A DNA stretch of 64,000 bases from the human T2T-CHM13v2.0 reference genome, Homo sapiens. Made by a program: the position numbers and the translations under genes. Shown here piece after piece: positions 42,511-54,154 of this stretch. The DNA lies in the NCBI RefSeq assembly GCF_009914755.1, contig NC_060938.1; one strand, written 5' to 3'. Position 1 is the first letter of the stretch. Every line of letters begins with the position of its first letter. Below the pieces are notes generated by a model. The model saw nothing but the letters and a program-made list of their open reading frames with translations. It did not search any database and was not told the origin of the DNA.

Positions 42511-44666
42511 GAACATATATTGTTGAATACATAGCCAAATATAAGGCAACTCTATACCTAGTAGCATTTCCTCCACCAAGTGATGAAGTCCCATTGTCTT
42601 GTATCAGTGACCCAAACACCTACACTGTTTTACAGTTCTCTGTATGTATACAATTGTTTGTTGATCAATACAGGGAAGAACAGATAAGTTACTTTTATCA
42701 TTTGTCCAAATTTTGCAAAACTGAGCAATTTAAATGAGAATTGTCCATTCTGGGAAGGTAGTGTGTCATTTTTTAAGATAGGCATTCATGTAAGCTACAC
42801 TATCAGCTTATATATTTATAGCTCTGTATTTGTGATTCCTCTTCATTTCAGCGCCTGCTGATTTCTCTTCTTCCGTTTAAACTTGGTTAGTATTCACTTA
42901 CTGTTTTTATTTTACTTATGAAGCATTTCCAAGTATTTTACAGGAATGGGTTAAAATATTATCTTAGTGTGCCATATTTTCAGACCCAGAAGAACTTTCA
43001 TTGTTTTATAACACATAAAAAATTCTTTATTGAATTTCAGGTTTTGTGGATTTTCATTCAGTTGGACTTTTTTTTTTTTTTTTTTTGAAACATGCAACTT
43101 TATGAATCGCTTGTCTTCCTTGAGGTCCGTTTCTTTTGAAATATGTTTCCTTTTCTGTTTTCCTCCTCTGGTCATGAGGTACTAACTCTTACGGGCTATT
43201 CACCCCTTTGCTGAGAAAAATATAAATGTATAGGTGATATCAATTTGGAATTAGGGCATATTTGGTTTTCTGTAAATCTTTTCTCTAGCAAATAGAAACT
43301 TTGAAAACTATTGTTATTATTATTTTCAAAACTTTTCAAAACTTTTAACAATCTTTCATTACCAAACCCCACGTAGGGCCAACTCTAACCTGGCTAACAG
43401 CAAAAACAGCATCACTAACAAGATCAAGGATGGAGGTGCAGACCCCAATAAAGATTGTCTCTTAAAAAAAGGATTGGAAATATATATATACATATGCATG
43501 AGTACTTTTTAAAAAACTAAATCTTTCCAGTGTTGCAGAAAAATATCTCCCAAAGTGATTTCAGTTGATAAAAAACAGCATTTGGTAGTCTGTGCTGCCT
43601 TAAAAACCCCAACTTGAGATAACCCTAGGAGAAAAATCACCCCCACCCCATAAAGATGAAATTCCCTTTTCTCCTCTTTCTTGTTCAAATTTCACTGCTT
43701 ATTCCACCAACACCCAAAGAATAACAAGACCCAGCTCACTTCTCCCGGCACCTGTCTGATAAGGTTCACAGCAAGGGCTATTCCTTAAGTATCTTTGCCT
43801 CTACTACAGTCAGGAAATTGAGCCCTAATTTCTGGGCCAGATTCTGGAAACTTGCAAAACGTCCTTATGCTTCGAGAGGCCTGAGGACTCCTTCAAAGAT
43901 CAAGGGCCAGCGGACCTGGCAGAGACTGGCATGCCTGCCCTGCAGGGCTGGGACAAGGGGACTTTTCTCAGCAAAAGCACCCCAACACCTGTCACTGAAA
44001 GTCTAACGAGGCTAAACCATGGAGCAGCAGGCACCAAACTAGGGCTGTGCCTAAAAGGTGCACATCTCCCCTCTTTAGCCATAAACGCAAGGGAGATAAA
44101 GAGAATCAAGTGAGTATTTGACCTCATTGTTATTTTTAATTCTATAAATCTGAGGGCATTCCTAAGAAAGTATTCCTTGCTGAGAAGGCTCTCAAAGAAT
44201 CCGATTCTCTACATCACAAATGTGGAATCTGGAATATTCGTGTGCCTGGTGAAGTTAGCAAATACCCAATCCTCCCTACCAATGTTCTCTCACATAGATT
44301 AGAAAAAGCAAGATTTCAGTTCTTTGAGCTACCTTGAATTTTTTTGTCTTGTGGAAGCCGACTGTGACTGTGAGAATGTTCTGAGTCATCCCTAATCCAC
44401 GCATCATGGGAAGATATTTTTCTTGTTCTTTTAAGCATTTTTTTCCTAAAAAATATGCTTTCTTGTTTCTGCGCTCCTTTGCTGTTTTCATCTAAAATTT
44501 TTAAATCTGTGAATTGTATCCTGACAATATCATAAATATGTAAATAGGTTTATAGACTATCTCAGCATTCTAAATTGTCAGGAATAAAATACCACTGACA
44601 GATTTAGCATCCCACACAGGCAAAAGCATTCTTTAGTAACAAGGAAGAACTTTACCATATGGCACC

Positions 44667-44679
44667 CCGCTAGGTGGTG
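44667..44679 (+). promoter_or_regulatory. Candidate CTCF core motif
   Basis: CCGCTAGGTGGTG versus consensus CCRCYAGRKGGCR (one mismatch, C to T). Confidence 0.45.
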
Positions 44680-45289
44680 GAATACAAAGGTCTTCCAAAG
44701 TACTTATTATAATTCATATACCATGAGAAGCTGACTAATGTTTTATTTTCTTTTTAATCAGAGATCTACTCACTGTCATGTCTTTCTTCCTGCCTGCATC
44801 TTCTAACTTTGGACATAAACTTCCTAATAAGCACCATCACAAATCTTTTCTCAGTTGCAAAAAGAAAATACAATAGGAGTCCTGAACCAATTAAATGAAC
44901 ATCATGAGTAGAAGAGAAAGAAATGTGTAAGATAGATGGAGATTGCTACCAAATGTTAACAGCCACAGGAAGACAAAAGGTAAAGAGCAAAAAGGTCACT
45001 GAACAAATATTTTAATAATGCTTTCTTTGAAATTCCATCAGTTACACATTATTACCTTTACCATGCTGCAGAAACTCAGGAGGGATAATGTGAACAGTAT
45101 TATTTATAATACAACAAACCTCAACACCTCTAGGACACACATTAGCTTCTAAGCATTTTGCCATGTATTGCCTTATTTTCTGACTTTAAAAGTTGCTTTT
45201 CTTCAACACAAAATATCTATGTGTAGAATAAAACTAATATTAATGTAATAAAGGGTGTTTCTCATTGTCAGCTCAGTAGAATGAACTTC

Positions 45290-45534
45290 ATAATAATATT
45301 ATTAACATTATTTAATGCATTCTATGCACAGAGACTATATTAAATGATTTACATGTTTTTATTTAGTTCATCCTCATAGCCAAATGTGACGTAAATGCCA
45401 TTAATTTCTCTGTTTTATAGAAGAAAAACAACTTAAAACATACAGAGTTGAAATAACTAGACCAATGTCATGTATGCAGTAAGTAAGCTTCTGAGATTTA
45501 AATGTAAATGTCATACTCTTAAACACTGCTGTAC
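45290..45534 (-). mobile_element. MIR (host of MADE1)
   Basis: TTATTTAATGCATTCTATG...TCCTCATAGC...TGTTTTATAGAAGAA...CTCTTAAACACT. Continues as CCTCT after the MADE1. Confidence 0.65.
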
Positions 45535-45536
45535 TA

Positions 45537-45625
45537 TTATGTTGGTGCAAAAGTAATTGTGGTTTTTGCCATTAAAAGTATGGCAAAAAAAAAAAAAAAC
45601 TGCGGTTACTTTTGCACCAACCTAA
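45537..45625. mobile_element. MADE1 (Hsmar1-derived MITE; source of the miR-548 family) with TA TSD
   Basis: Palindrome TTATGTTGGTGCAAAAGTAATTGTGGTTTTTGCCA...TGGC(A)15CTGCGGTTACTTTTGCACCAACCTAA, flanked by TA at 45535-45536 and 45626-45627. Confidence 0.95.
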
Positions 45626-46525
45626 TACCTCTTTAATTTACCAGTATTTCATTTAATTTTATATAAAAGAACGGTGTGGTGATACACCAAAGCCATTTCA
45701 AAATGGCATAATTCTATATTATACTATAGACTATTAAACACAGAAGCACATATAGTATTGAAATCCTTTCCTCTGGTTAAGGCTGTACATTATGTCATCG
45801 TGAAAACAGTATTCAATTGTGAGGAAGAAAAAAAAAAACAGGAATTAAGGATTCTTACTGTTACAAACTGACCGTGTGATCCAGGGTAGATTATTTATCC
45901 TCTACCTCTTTTCATCTGAAAAATGGGATGCACAGAATATATGTAGGTAATTAATTTGAAACCTAAAGAGTTTTGTTTTTTCTCTAATCTAACCAATTTC
46001 CAGAACACTGTAGTGTCATAGTTGTTGTTTGCTCTACAGATTGTCATGGGAAGCCACAGAAATATGCAGTACTGAAAGCCTACTCATGTCTTGTCTGTCT
46101 TAGGCAACCAGAACCCTTCAAGCACAAATGCTTTCGTTTCTTACCCCTGGCAGATCCAATTGCTCACTGTAATTTAGGAGGTAGAAGGGTGGACAGAGGT
46201 AGATACAAGATAACATTTCTACCACGTTTATAGTAGAAGTTTTATATCCTTTGAGATCTAATACAGGCCTATACATTTGAGCCATGATTTATTTTATATT
46301 TCAAAGTCTTTAACACTGAGAAATGCAGATAATTGTATGTAAAACTAAATAACATGACGTTCCTACTGGGAAATACATGTTCATACCAATTTGCAATCCT
46401 TTGAGGATCCCCTTCAGACCTTTTTGGTGTCATTAGGCTTCCATGGTTATTAGATGTGAGTTACTGCTTCACAGTTCTATGCTGGCAAACAGATTTTTTT
46501 TTTCATTGTTGTGCTGTGTGTGGAT

Positions 46526-46551
46526 GGGGGTGGGTGGGAGGGGAAGTGGGG
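46526..46551 (+). other. Potential G-quadruplex
   Basis: GGGGG-T-GGG-T-GGG-A-GGGG-AAGT-GGGG. Confidence 0.6.
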
Positions 46552-46769
46552 TGATGGAACCAACTAATACATAAGACTAGTCACATAAAACCTCAGTGAC
46601 TGCAGAAAAAAAGTGAAAAATATCTGGAATCCTGAATGTTGCCTTTGCATTATCTTTGAATGTGAATGGATAATTTGTTTAACCTAATGGTCTGTGATAC
46701 AATCTGGAAGCAAGAGAAAGGTAAAAGGGACCTACTTTCAAAACATAGAAAATTCTGAAAACTCTCCCT

Positions 46770-47600
46770 TTTATTTCTATATACAGAATTTGACCACTTC
46801 TTGTCTCTTATCTCCTTATCTCTTTACCTTCACCTGGGTGAATCTTTCATTACCTCTGACTTGTAATACTAAGCCCAATCTAGCAACCAGAGTGAGCTTG
46901 GTGAGGTGTAAATCTCACCCTGTCGCTCCCCTCCTCAAAATCGTGATGGCTGACATTACTTATATGTGGTATCTGAAAAAGTTCAACTCACAGAAGCAGA
47001 CAGTAAAATGGTGGTTACCAGAGGCTGGAGTGGGGTGGGAGTCTTTGGTCAAAGAACAAAAAATTTCAGTTAGATAGGAGGGGAAATGTTCAAGTGATCT
47101 ATTGGACAACATGATAACTACAATAAACAAAAATGTACTGTATTCCTGAAAATTGCCAAAGGAGTAGATTTTAAATATTTTCATCACAAAAAATAAATAT
47201 GTTAAATAATGTATATGTTAATTAGCACAGTTAAGCCCATTCACTATGCATGCATCTTTCAAAATATTATGTTTTATAAGATAAATATTTACAATTATTT
47301 TCAATTAAAAATAATTAAAAAAAAACTGTGATGGTGTTCCAAGTCGCTGGGTGGTGGTGGGGGTTGGGGTGTGGAAAGCCAAAGTCCATTCAATCTGCAG
47401 AGACAAAGCATTCATTTGCTGACTTCAGTGCCTACTCATGTCCCATTGGTTTTTGCTGCAGCCATGCTGGCCTCCCGATTGTTTCTCAAATCTTTCAGCT
47501 TCCTCCCATTTCAGAGACTATCCTTGCTGGTCTTTCTGCCAGGAACAGTTTTCTCTTGGATACCTGCAATGGAATACACTCTCACCCTATTCAGAATAGG
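46770..47600 (+). mobile_element. L2 fragment, split by an L1MA stub
   Basis: CAGAATTTGACCACTTCTT, CAACCAGAGTGAGC, CTCCCCTCCTCAAAA and GCTGCAGCCATGCTGGCCTCC. Confidence 0.65.
46951..47321 (+). mobile_element. 5'-truncated L1MA 3' UTR stub with TSD
   Basis: AACTCACAGAAGCAGACAGTAAAATGGTGGTTACCAGAGGCTGG. TSD AAAATCGTGATGG (about 46937) / AAAACTGTGATGG (about 47322). Confidence 0.88.
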
Positions 47601-48499
47601 GGCATCTCTTTGCTTGCTATGCCTTTATCATCTCATTTTAAAAAATTACCCTTCCATTAAATATATTTGTATATACATATTAACATTCTCAAAAAATGGA
47701 AACACAGCTTGAGTTTATGGTATTAAAATTGGGGTAGATACATTCTATTATCTATTCTATTATCTATACTAAATATAATAGCACTATTTATTTTCCTCTT
47801 TATGACCGGTAAATGAGATAAGATGTAATTGGTATCTATTGATTTTTCCATGTTCAATGTGATACTAATTAAATTTAAATATAGTTGAAAATATTTCCTT
47901 GCAGGAAATAGTCGTTGTCTCTGGGTTGCAGGATTAAAAGTGACTTTTGTTTCCCTCTTTAATTTTTTCTGGGTTTTAAAAGTTTATGACAGACTACACA
48001 TTTATTATGTTTATTGTTGTTGTATTAACAATTTATTTGTTTTTGTTTTAATAAATAAAGGGTCATTTTTGAAAAATAAAATTGTACTAATGGTTTGTAT
48101 AAAATAAATAGATATACTGTTTTCTTTTCTGCCCCATGCTCAAGGTTACTCTTCAGGAGTCATGGCTTTATTCTTTTTGCTTTGTTTTTGTTTATCTCCA
48201 TTGTACAAAATAATATGCATATCTTGACATTTGCTGATGCAGTCATTTAAATCACTGTTTATTGATTTTCTTTTATGAAAGACCGCATTTCCCTTTCTTT
48301 CATACCACCCTTCCAAATTCCCACCTACTTTCTTTAAAAAGCTCAATAAAATTTTTTGGTTAACTTGATTGTAAATTTGTATATTATAGGACAATATAAG
48401 TATTATCTAGTAGTAAGAAAATTGCCTACAAGGTGGAAGTTTTATTACCTGTGTAACTTATTTTCCCTGAAATTAATATTTGCTTCATGTTTTATTTGC

Positions 48500-49440
48500 T
48501 TAGTTTCCAATGTACCCATTTTTACTCATTATAAACCTGTCAACAACATTATTTTGCAAAAGCTCAATTCCACTAGAGATTTTATCATTTCCACTTTTTC
48601 CTGAGTGTCATCTTTCATCCTATCCTGCGAGCCTGAGGCATTTGTTTTCTAAAACTGCTCTGTCCATAATTGCATAACTAGCTGTGTTGTTTGGAGTTTC
48701 CTGTATTTTAAAGACGTCTCCTTCTTCTCTCTTCTTGCTAAATCTTTTTACCTCATTTAGTTTATCCTCTTGTTTTTTGGATCACATGTTCTAGTAGCTC
48801 TGTAAAAATCAGAAAAATGGGCAATATGTTTCTTAAAACTTTACATATCCAAACATAAATTTATTTTGTCCTTCCAATTAACAAGCTAAATGCAGAATTC
48901 TATTGAAAATCATGTCCTTTCAGAGTTGTGAGGACAATGCATTAATCTATTGTTTTCTGGCTGTTATTATTGAGAATTTCTGAAATACTGTGATTCCAAT
49001 TCTTTTATATAAGATCTTTTCACTCCAAATATTTTAGGAACTTTTTGCTATCCTTGATATGCTGAAAAATTTAAATACTGTGCTTTAATTCAGGATTTCT
49101 TTATTGTGCAGGACCGTTTGTTAGCTCTTTATGTTCAGAGACACATGTCCATAATTTATAGGTAATATTGTTGTATTATTTATTTGATAGTTTTTCCACC
49201 TGTTTTTATCAGTCTGATTTTCTTTAATTTTTGTCATTGAAATACTGAAACTTTTAAATAGTCTTTTCAAATTTCAAGATTTTTTTTTAATTTCCATAGC
49301 TTTAATTTTTGAGCATTTTTCTTGACTTCATCTTACATCCTTTCCTTTCTTATTTCAGTGTTGTATTTTTAATTCCCAACAACTATTTTACTTGATCTAA
49401 TTGTCCTTTATTCTTCTTATTTTACCAATGTAATTTTTAT
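48500..49440 (-). mobile_element. Decayed L1M-like sequence
   Basis: T-rich with antisense-L1-like motifs such as GCAGAATTCTATTGAAAATCAT...TTTCAGA. Confidence 0.35.
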
Positions 49441-49499
49441 TTTTCTCTTCTTTTGTTGTAGCTTGGTAAGTTTCTACATGAGCTGGCATTAGCTTTTTA

Positions 49500-49720
49500 G
49501 ATAGCTCAGTCCTTGCCATACTTCAGGTCTTAGCTTAAAAGACATCACCTCAGTTTTCTTTATAGCAATTCAAATTTGAATTTTGAATTAATCATTTTTT
49601 ACTTGTTTATTATCTCTTTACTGCTGCTAATATGTTTTATGATGACAGAAACTATCTTTTGCTTATAACTGGGTACCCTCAGTCATGTGTAATGCCTGGT
49701 GCATGATAAATATTGGTTAG
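49500..49720 (+). mobile_element. L2 3' fragment
   Basis: CTTCAGGTCTTAGCTTAAAAGACATCACCTC...AATGCCTGG...ATAAATATT. Confidence 0.5.
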
Positions 49721-50589
49721 GGTTGATGAGAAAGGAAATGGTGTACAGTAGGAAAGAATATATTGGGTAAAGTAATAAGTGCACAAAATGAATGCTATAA
49801 TAGTAGAATTTGAATGTGCTAAATTAGTGGATATAGGAAACCCTATGCTGGCAAGTAAGATATTACAGAGAATTAGAAAATGTAAGAAAGTAGAAATTCA
49901 AAGAGTGCTTAGATTCTTAACAACACAGAATAAGAAGCCAGAACACAGCCAGAGTTTGATAAAGTGGGGAAGAGGGCCCAGGTGAGATGGATGAACTGCC
50001 AGGTACGATTCGGAGTTGGTTTGGCCATAAGACCCACTCCTCAGGATAATGACATTAGGATGAAAAACACTTCATTCATTAAATTAATAGTACTAAGATA
50101 TGTAATACCATTGGCTCATGCCTGCTTCACCTTGGAATAACCTTTTGGAAAGAAATTATTGGAGGTTTCTTCAGAGCATAAGAAAATGGCTTTGGTTGTA
50201 AATATACTGCACTGAATTTACAATGCAGAGAGCTTTCCGGTGCCTTAAACCTTGAACCCACCGTAACTCCTGTAGATGCTCTTGTAATCAGTATTAGAAA
50301 ACTACATTATTTCATTTTTTTTCCTTGGTTCCTTTTTTTTTTTTTTAGTAAGGAAGGAAATCCCTGGGCTGAAACAGAATATGACTCATTGAACCCATTC
50401 TTCTGATGGTTTTGTGAAATAGCTTGGGGTAAAAGCAGTTGTAAGAGCTTGTTATTTTCTTAGTGCCTTGCCACCGCCATGGAGCGAGCATAAACCCCAT
50501 GTAAAAAGCTAAAACAGGTAGGAAAGGGGAACTACCAAAAAGTTATGTTGAATAAATTCAACGTATCTTTATTCATTTTTCCAGCAGGA

Positions 50590-50630
50590 AGGTGTGTGAC
50601 CTTGTGAAGGTCATTTAGCTCTGAGTGCTG
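50590..50630 (+). mobile_element. MIR core remnant
   Basis: GTGTGTGACCTTGTGAAGGTCATTTAGCTCTGAG resembles the MIR core CTGTGTGACCTTGGGCAAGTCACTTAACCTCTCTGAG. Confidence 0.5.
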
Positions 50631-52454
50631 CCTGAGAATTGTAACATCTGCAGTGTGCGCTGTAGGTCTTTTGCAGAATAAGTGTCATGAGGGACAGTCA
50701 AGTAGGATGAATCATTGCCTAGACAGAATATAAAAAACAGTCCTGAAATTGAACTGAACGGGTGGCAGAAGGAGGTTATCACATTTTGGTTATCATCAGG
50801 ACCTGACACACAGTGAGAGGCTCAATAATCACTTTGGATATAATGACATTTCAATGTTAAATTTGTAGAAATGCTGATGCCATTTTGACATGGGAGCAGC
50901 CCAGGTTCGGGGGTCTTCCACGGTGGGAAATTGCACTATGAGGAGAGTAAAACACACAATGGTGTGTAGGGTTGAGAAATTGTATGAAGGAGAGAAATAA
51001 AGTTCCAAAACAAACTTCTGACAGGCATGAAAAAGTATAAGGAAGTTATAAGTAGAAAATCAATCAAGGGATAGGTCTAAATCATTAATCAGAATAAAAG
51101 CCACAAATAAATGATTACTTAGACACTTTGAAAAAGAAGAATTACCACCACCAGGGACTTTTTGAGGTTAAAGTTGTTTCAAATAGAACTATTTATTTAG
51201 GAAGTAATATAAGTTTCATCTTTTCAGAGGGCCACTGTCAGACACATTGGGTGAAAGCATTTATTCTGACAGAGTGTTTCTTTATTTTGACTCATTCATT
51301 TTATTAACCATTTATCTCTTGGGGAATTGTTTAAATATTTAATCCTTCTTAATATTTATTTTGCTGCAGGCCAAAGACGGCTATGTTTTTAAAGGAACTA
51401 CAGTATCTTATCGTTCTGATGGTCTGGAAGTTTATATTCACATCCAAGAATTCTTCCTGCTTCTCCGAAAACTCATCCTTTGCTTTATTACTCTTCATGG
51501 GAATAAGGAAACAGCTGTGCAGTATAAGTTATGTGCTCTTTCTTTTCTTCTTGACAACTATTATCAACTCATTCTTACCGAAAAATGACTTAATAAACTT
51601 CTCTCTTCTAGCCTCTTTTAAAAGATCTATGTAGTTTCCAAAACTCTTAAACACTGTAGGAACTTTTTCAAAGCCTATTTCAAATTGGGGTCTGTATCAG
51701 ATGTAATAATCTTTAGAAAACCTGATCAATATTAATTATTTAGACATGATACCCTCCTCATTTCTAATTAGCAAATGTTTTATTTTTTTCTTTGTATTTG
51801 ATATGAGCACTTTATGCACCCTTTACCCCACACCCCAACAAATCTAAGAAAATAAATTATGGGCCCAGACATTTTATTGATTTTAAAATTAACTTATTAA
51901 TCCGTGAAAAGCCTAAAATGAGAAAGGTAAAAAACCCAGGTCATAATATATCCTAGAAATTCCTCTTTTAAAAATATCCCATATTTTGTTCAATGGATTC
52001 CCATGTTTCTAATGAAAAAGAAACACCAATTTTTCCACTCAATTTGAATATTAAGAAAAAAGGCAGGGGAGAATACTTTCTATGGGAAAAAGATGCCAAA
52101 TTGCATGGGTTTGAAAACATTTGATTCCAGAAGACATTATGAGATCAGTCTATTCTGAGATGTCCTCAGAGTTATCCCTGAGCTGTCTGCAACCTGACCT
52201 TTCAGTTGTTGATACCAGTTGTTTGTGTCCTTGTTTGATTGTTCCTTTTCCTCCCTATCACTTATGACGAAAGTTACATTGTTCTTAATCCTAGGATCTT
52301 ATCTAAATTATTTGCCGTTCCACTAAACCTCAACATTTTTTTGCTCAGGCTTTCGATAGTTTGAACTCCCAACTTAAAAATTCTGTAATTTTTTTCCATC
52401 TTTCATTGTTTATTGTTATATGCTTTTATTTAGAAACCATAGATTCTAACAAGA

Positions 52455-52660
52455 AATCAGGATTAAAATTGCGGGTCTGAAACTAATGAGCTGTTTGAAC
52501 TTGGGCAAGTTCCTTAACCTTGTTGAACTTCAGTTTCTTCATCTATAAAATGGAAAAATCAATATCTATCTCATAATATTGGTGTGAGTAGCAAGTGAAA
52601 TAATGTGTATAAAGGAATAAGAATGGTGCTGGCATTGTTAAATCTAAAAATACTAGTTAG
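52455..52660 (+). mobile_element. MIR
   Basis: AGCTGTTTGAACTTGGGCAAGTTCCTTAACCT...CTTCAGTTTCTTCATCTATAAAATGG. Confidence 0.8.
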
Positions 52661-53057
52661 CCTTCTCATTCCTCATTGATTTCCTTTTTCAAGCTAAAAC
52701 TGGATTTCACTTTGTCAGAAGCAACTGGAATATAATGTGCAGAAGAATATGGCTAATGCAGCTTAAATTTGTTGTTATCATTGTATTAAATGATCTAAAA
52801 CTGTATCAAATTGTGTACAGTGAATTTGCTTACAAAGGAGGACTCCTAAATTTAGTTGGTCACTCATTTTTGGTCATTTTTTTAAAAAGTTCCTGCAAAA
52901 ATCTTGAATTGGCATTATTTAGCCAGCAATAGCATCAGCTAGTAACAGAAAGCAGTTATAAGGAAAATGAGCACTAGGAGATTATTATTATGTCAAAATA
53001 TATGTAAATAAAAACATCACACACACACTAAAATGTAGAAGAACAAAGCCCCACTGG

Positions 53058-53100
53058 AAAACAAAACAAAACAAAACAAAACAAAAAAACAAAAAAACAA
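53058..53100. repeat. (AAAAC)n repeat
   Basis: Read directly from the sequence. Confidence 0.9.
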
Positions 53101-54154
53101 TGGTAACTACTTGGCACATAGTCATCTAATTAGAAAGCACAGTTTTGATACATCCTTACTTTGGCAAAATATTAAGTCCGTTTTCCACTGGATTGTTTGG
53201 AGACTATTAGTATTCAGGCTTGAATCCATGGAATAGGGACATGTATTTGTGTGTCACAGATTGAAGGAAATAATGATGACAGAAACAGCCTCTGCCTCCT
53301 ATCTAGTGCTGCAGAGACATCTTAATAGAGGTGAAAGAAATGCTTTTCTTTTTTAAAGCCATTTTAGGAAATAGTTATAGACCTCCGGGGCAGAGCAGAG
53401 AGGTAGATCAGGAAATATTTATGCAGAGGAGGGATACCTATAAAAACCGTAGAACATTGATCATAAGGGATTGCAGAATTACTCTGACACTAATTCAAAT
53501 TGGAGCACGACAGTGGCCACCAAAGGTGTTTGTTTTCAAGACAGCACAGGCAAGTGGCAGATAGGCAACTGTTGGAACAGAAAACAAAGTCATTGTCTTG
53601 AGAATTTGATCTTGTAATCATGCAAACTTCACTTCTAAATAATAATGAGAGTTCTAAGGAGCCTTAAAAATTATAGCCTAATTCTCTCCCTCCCTTGCCT
53701 TCGTCTCTCTCTGGGAGAAGTCATAAGTGGGTACTCAAAGAAGCTCATTCACACTTGGAGGCTAAGAGGACACTGAAGCAGTAATATGCTAAGTGCTCCC
53801 CTAGCGGGATAAAAACCTGAATGTGCTTCCCTGAGTGTAAAATGTTATCAACAAAGACCTTGGCACTAGAAAGATAAAAACCTCATTGAACACATGGATA
53901 TGTTTTCTTTGACTCTGATTTATAGCAAGAATGTCCAACAGACAAAATCATAAAATTCGACTTCCATACATTTGTACTATGCTCAGCTCGACACCAGATT
54001 TTCTGAGGACAGTAGCTCTACATTGCTTCCTCCTTTACCATCAGAACAAACTTTGAGCTAGCTGTCACATAAAATGGAAGGTGATAAAAGAAACCAATTC
54101 AAATTAAGGATTTAATTATACAACTGTTTAATTTGCCCTTTCCCTCCAAAAGGG

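Noticed and set aside
42951-43175. Basic 74-aa minus-strand ORF
   Set aside because: Lysines come from a T-tract. No recognisable homology.
44276-44491. 71-aa minus-strand ORF with possible AG|ATG and AAG|GT splice sites
   Set aside because: A-rich, weak acceptor and no recognisable protein.
53795-53807. Third CTCF-like motif (CCGCTAGGGGAGC on minus)
   Set aside because: Mismatches fall in the high-information GGC positions.
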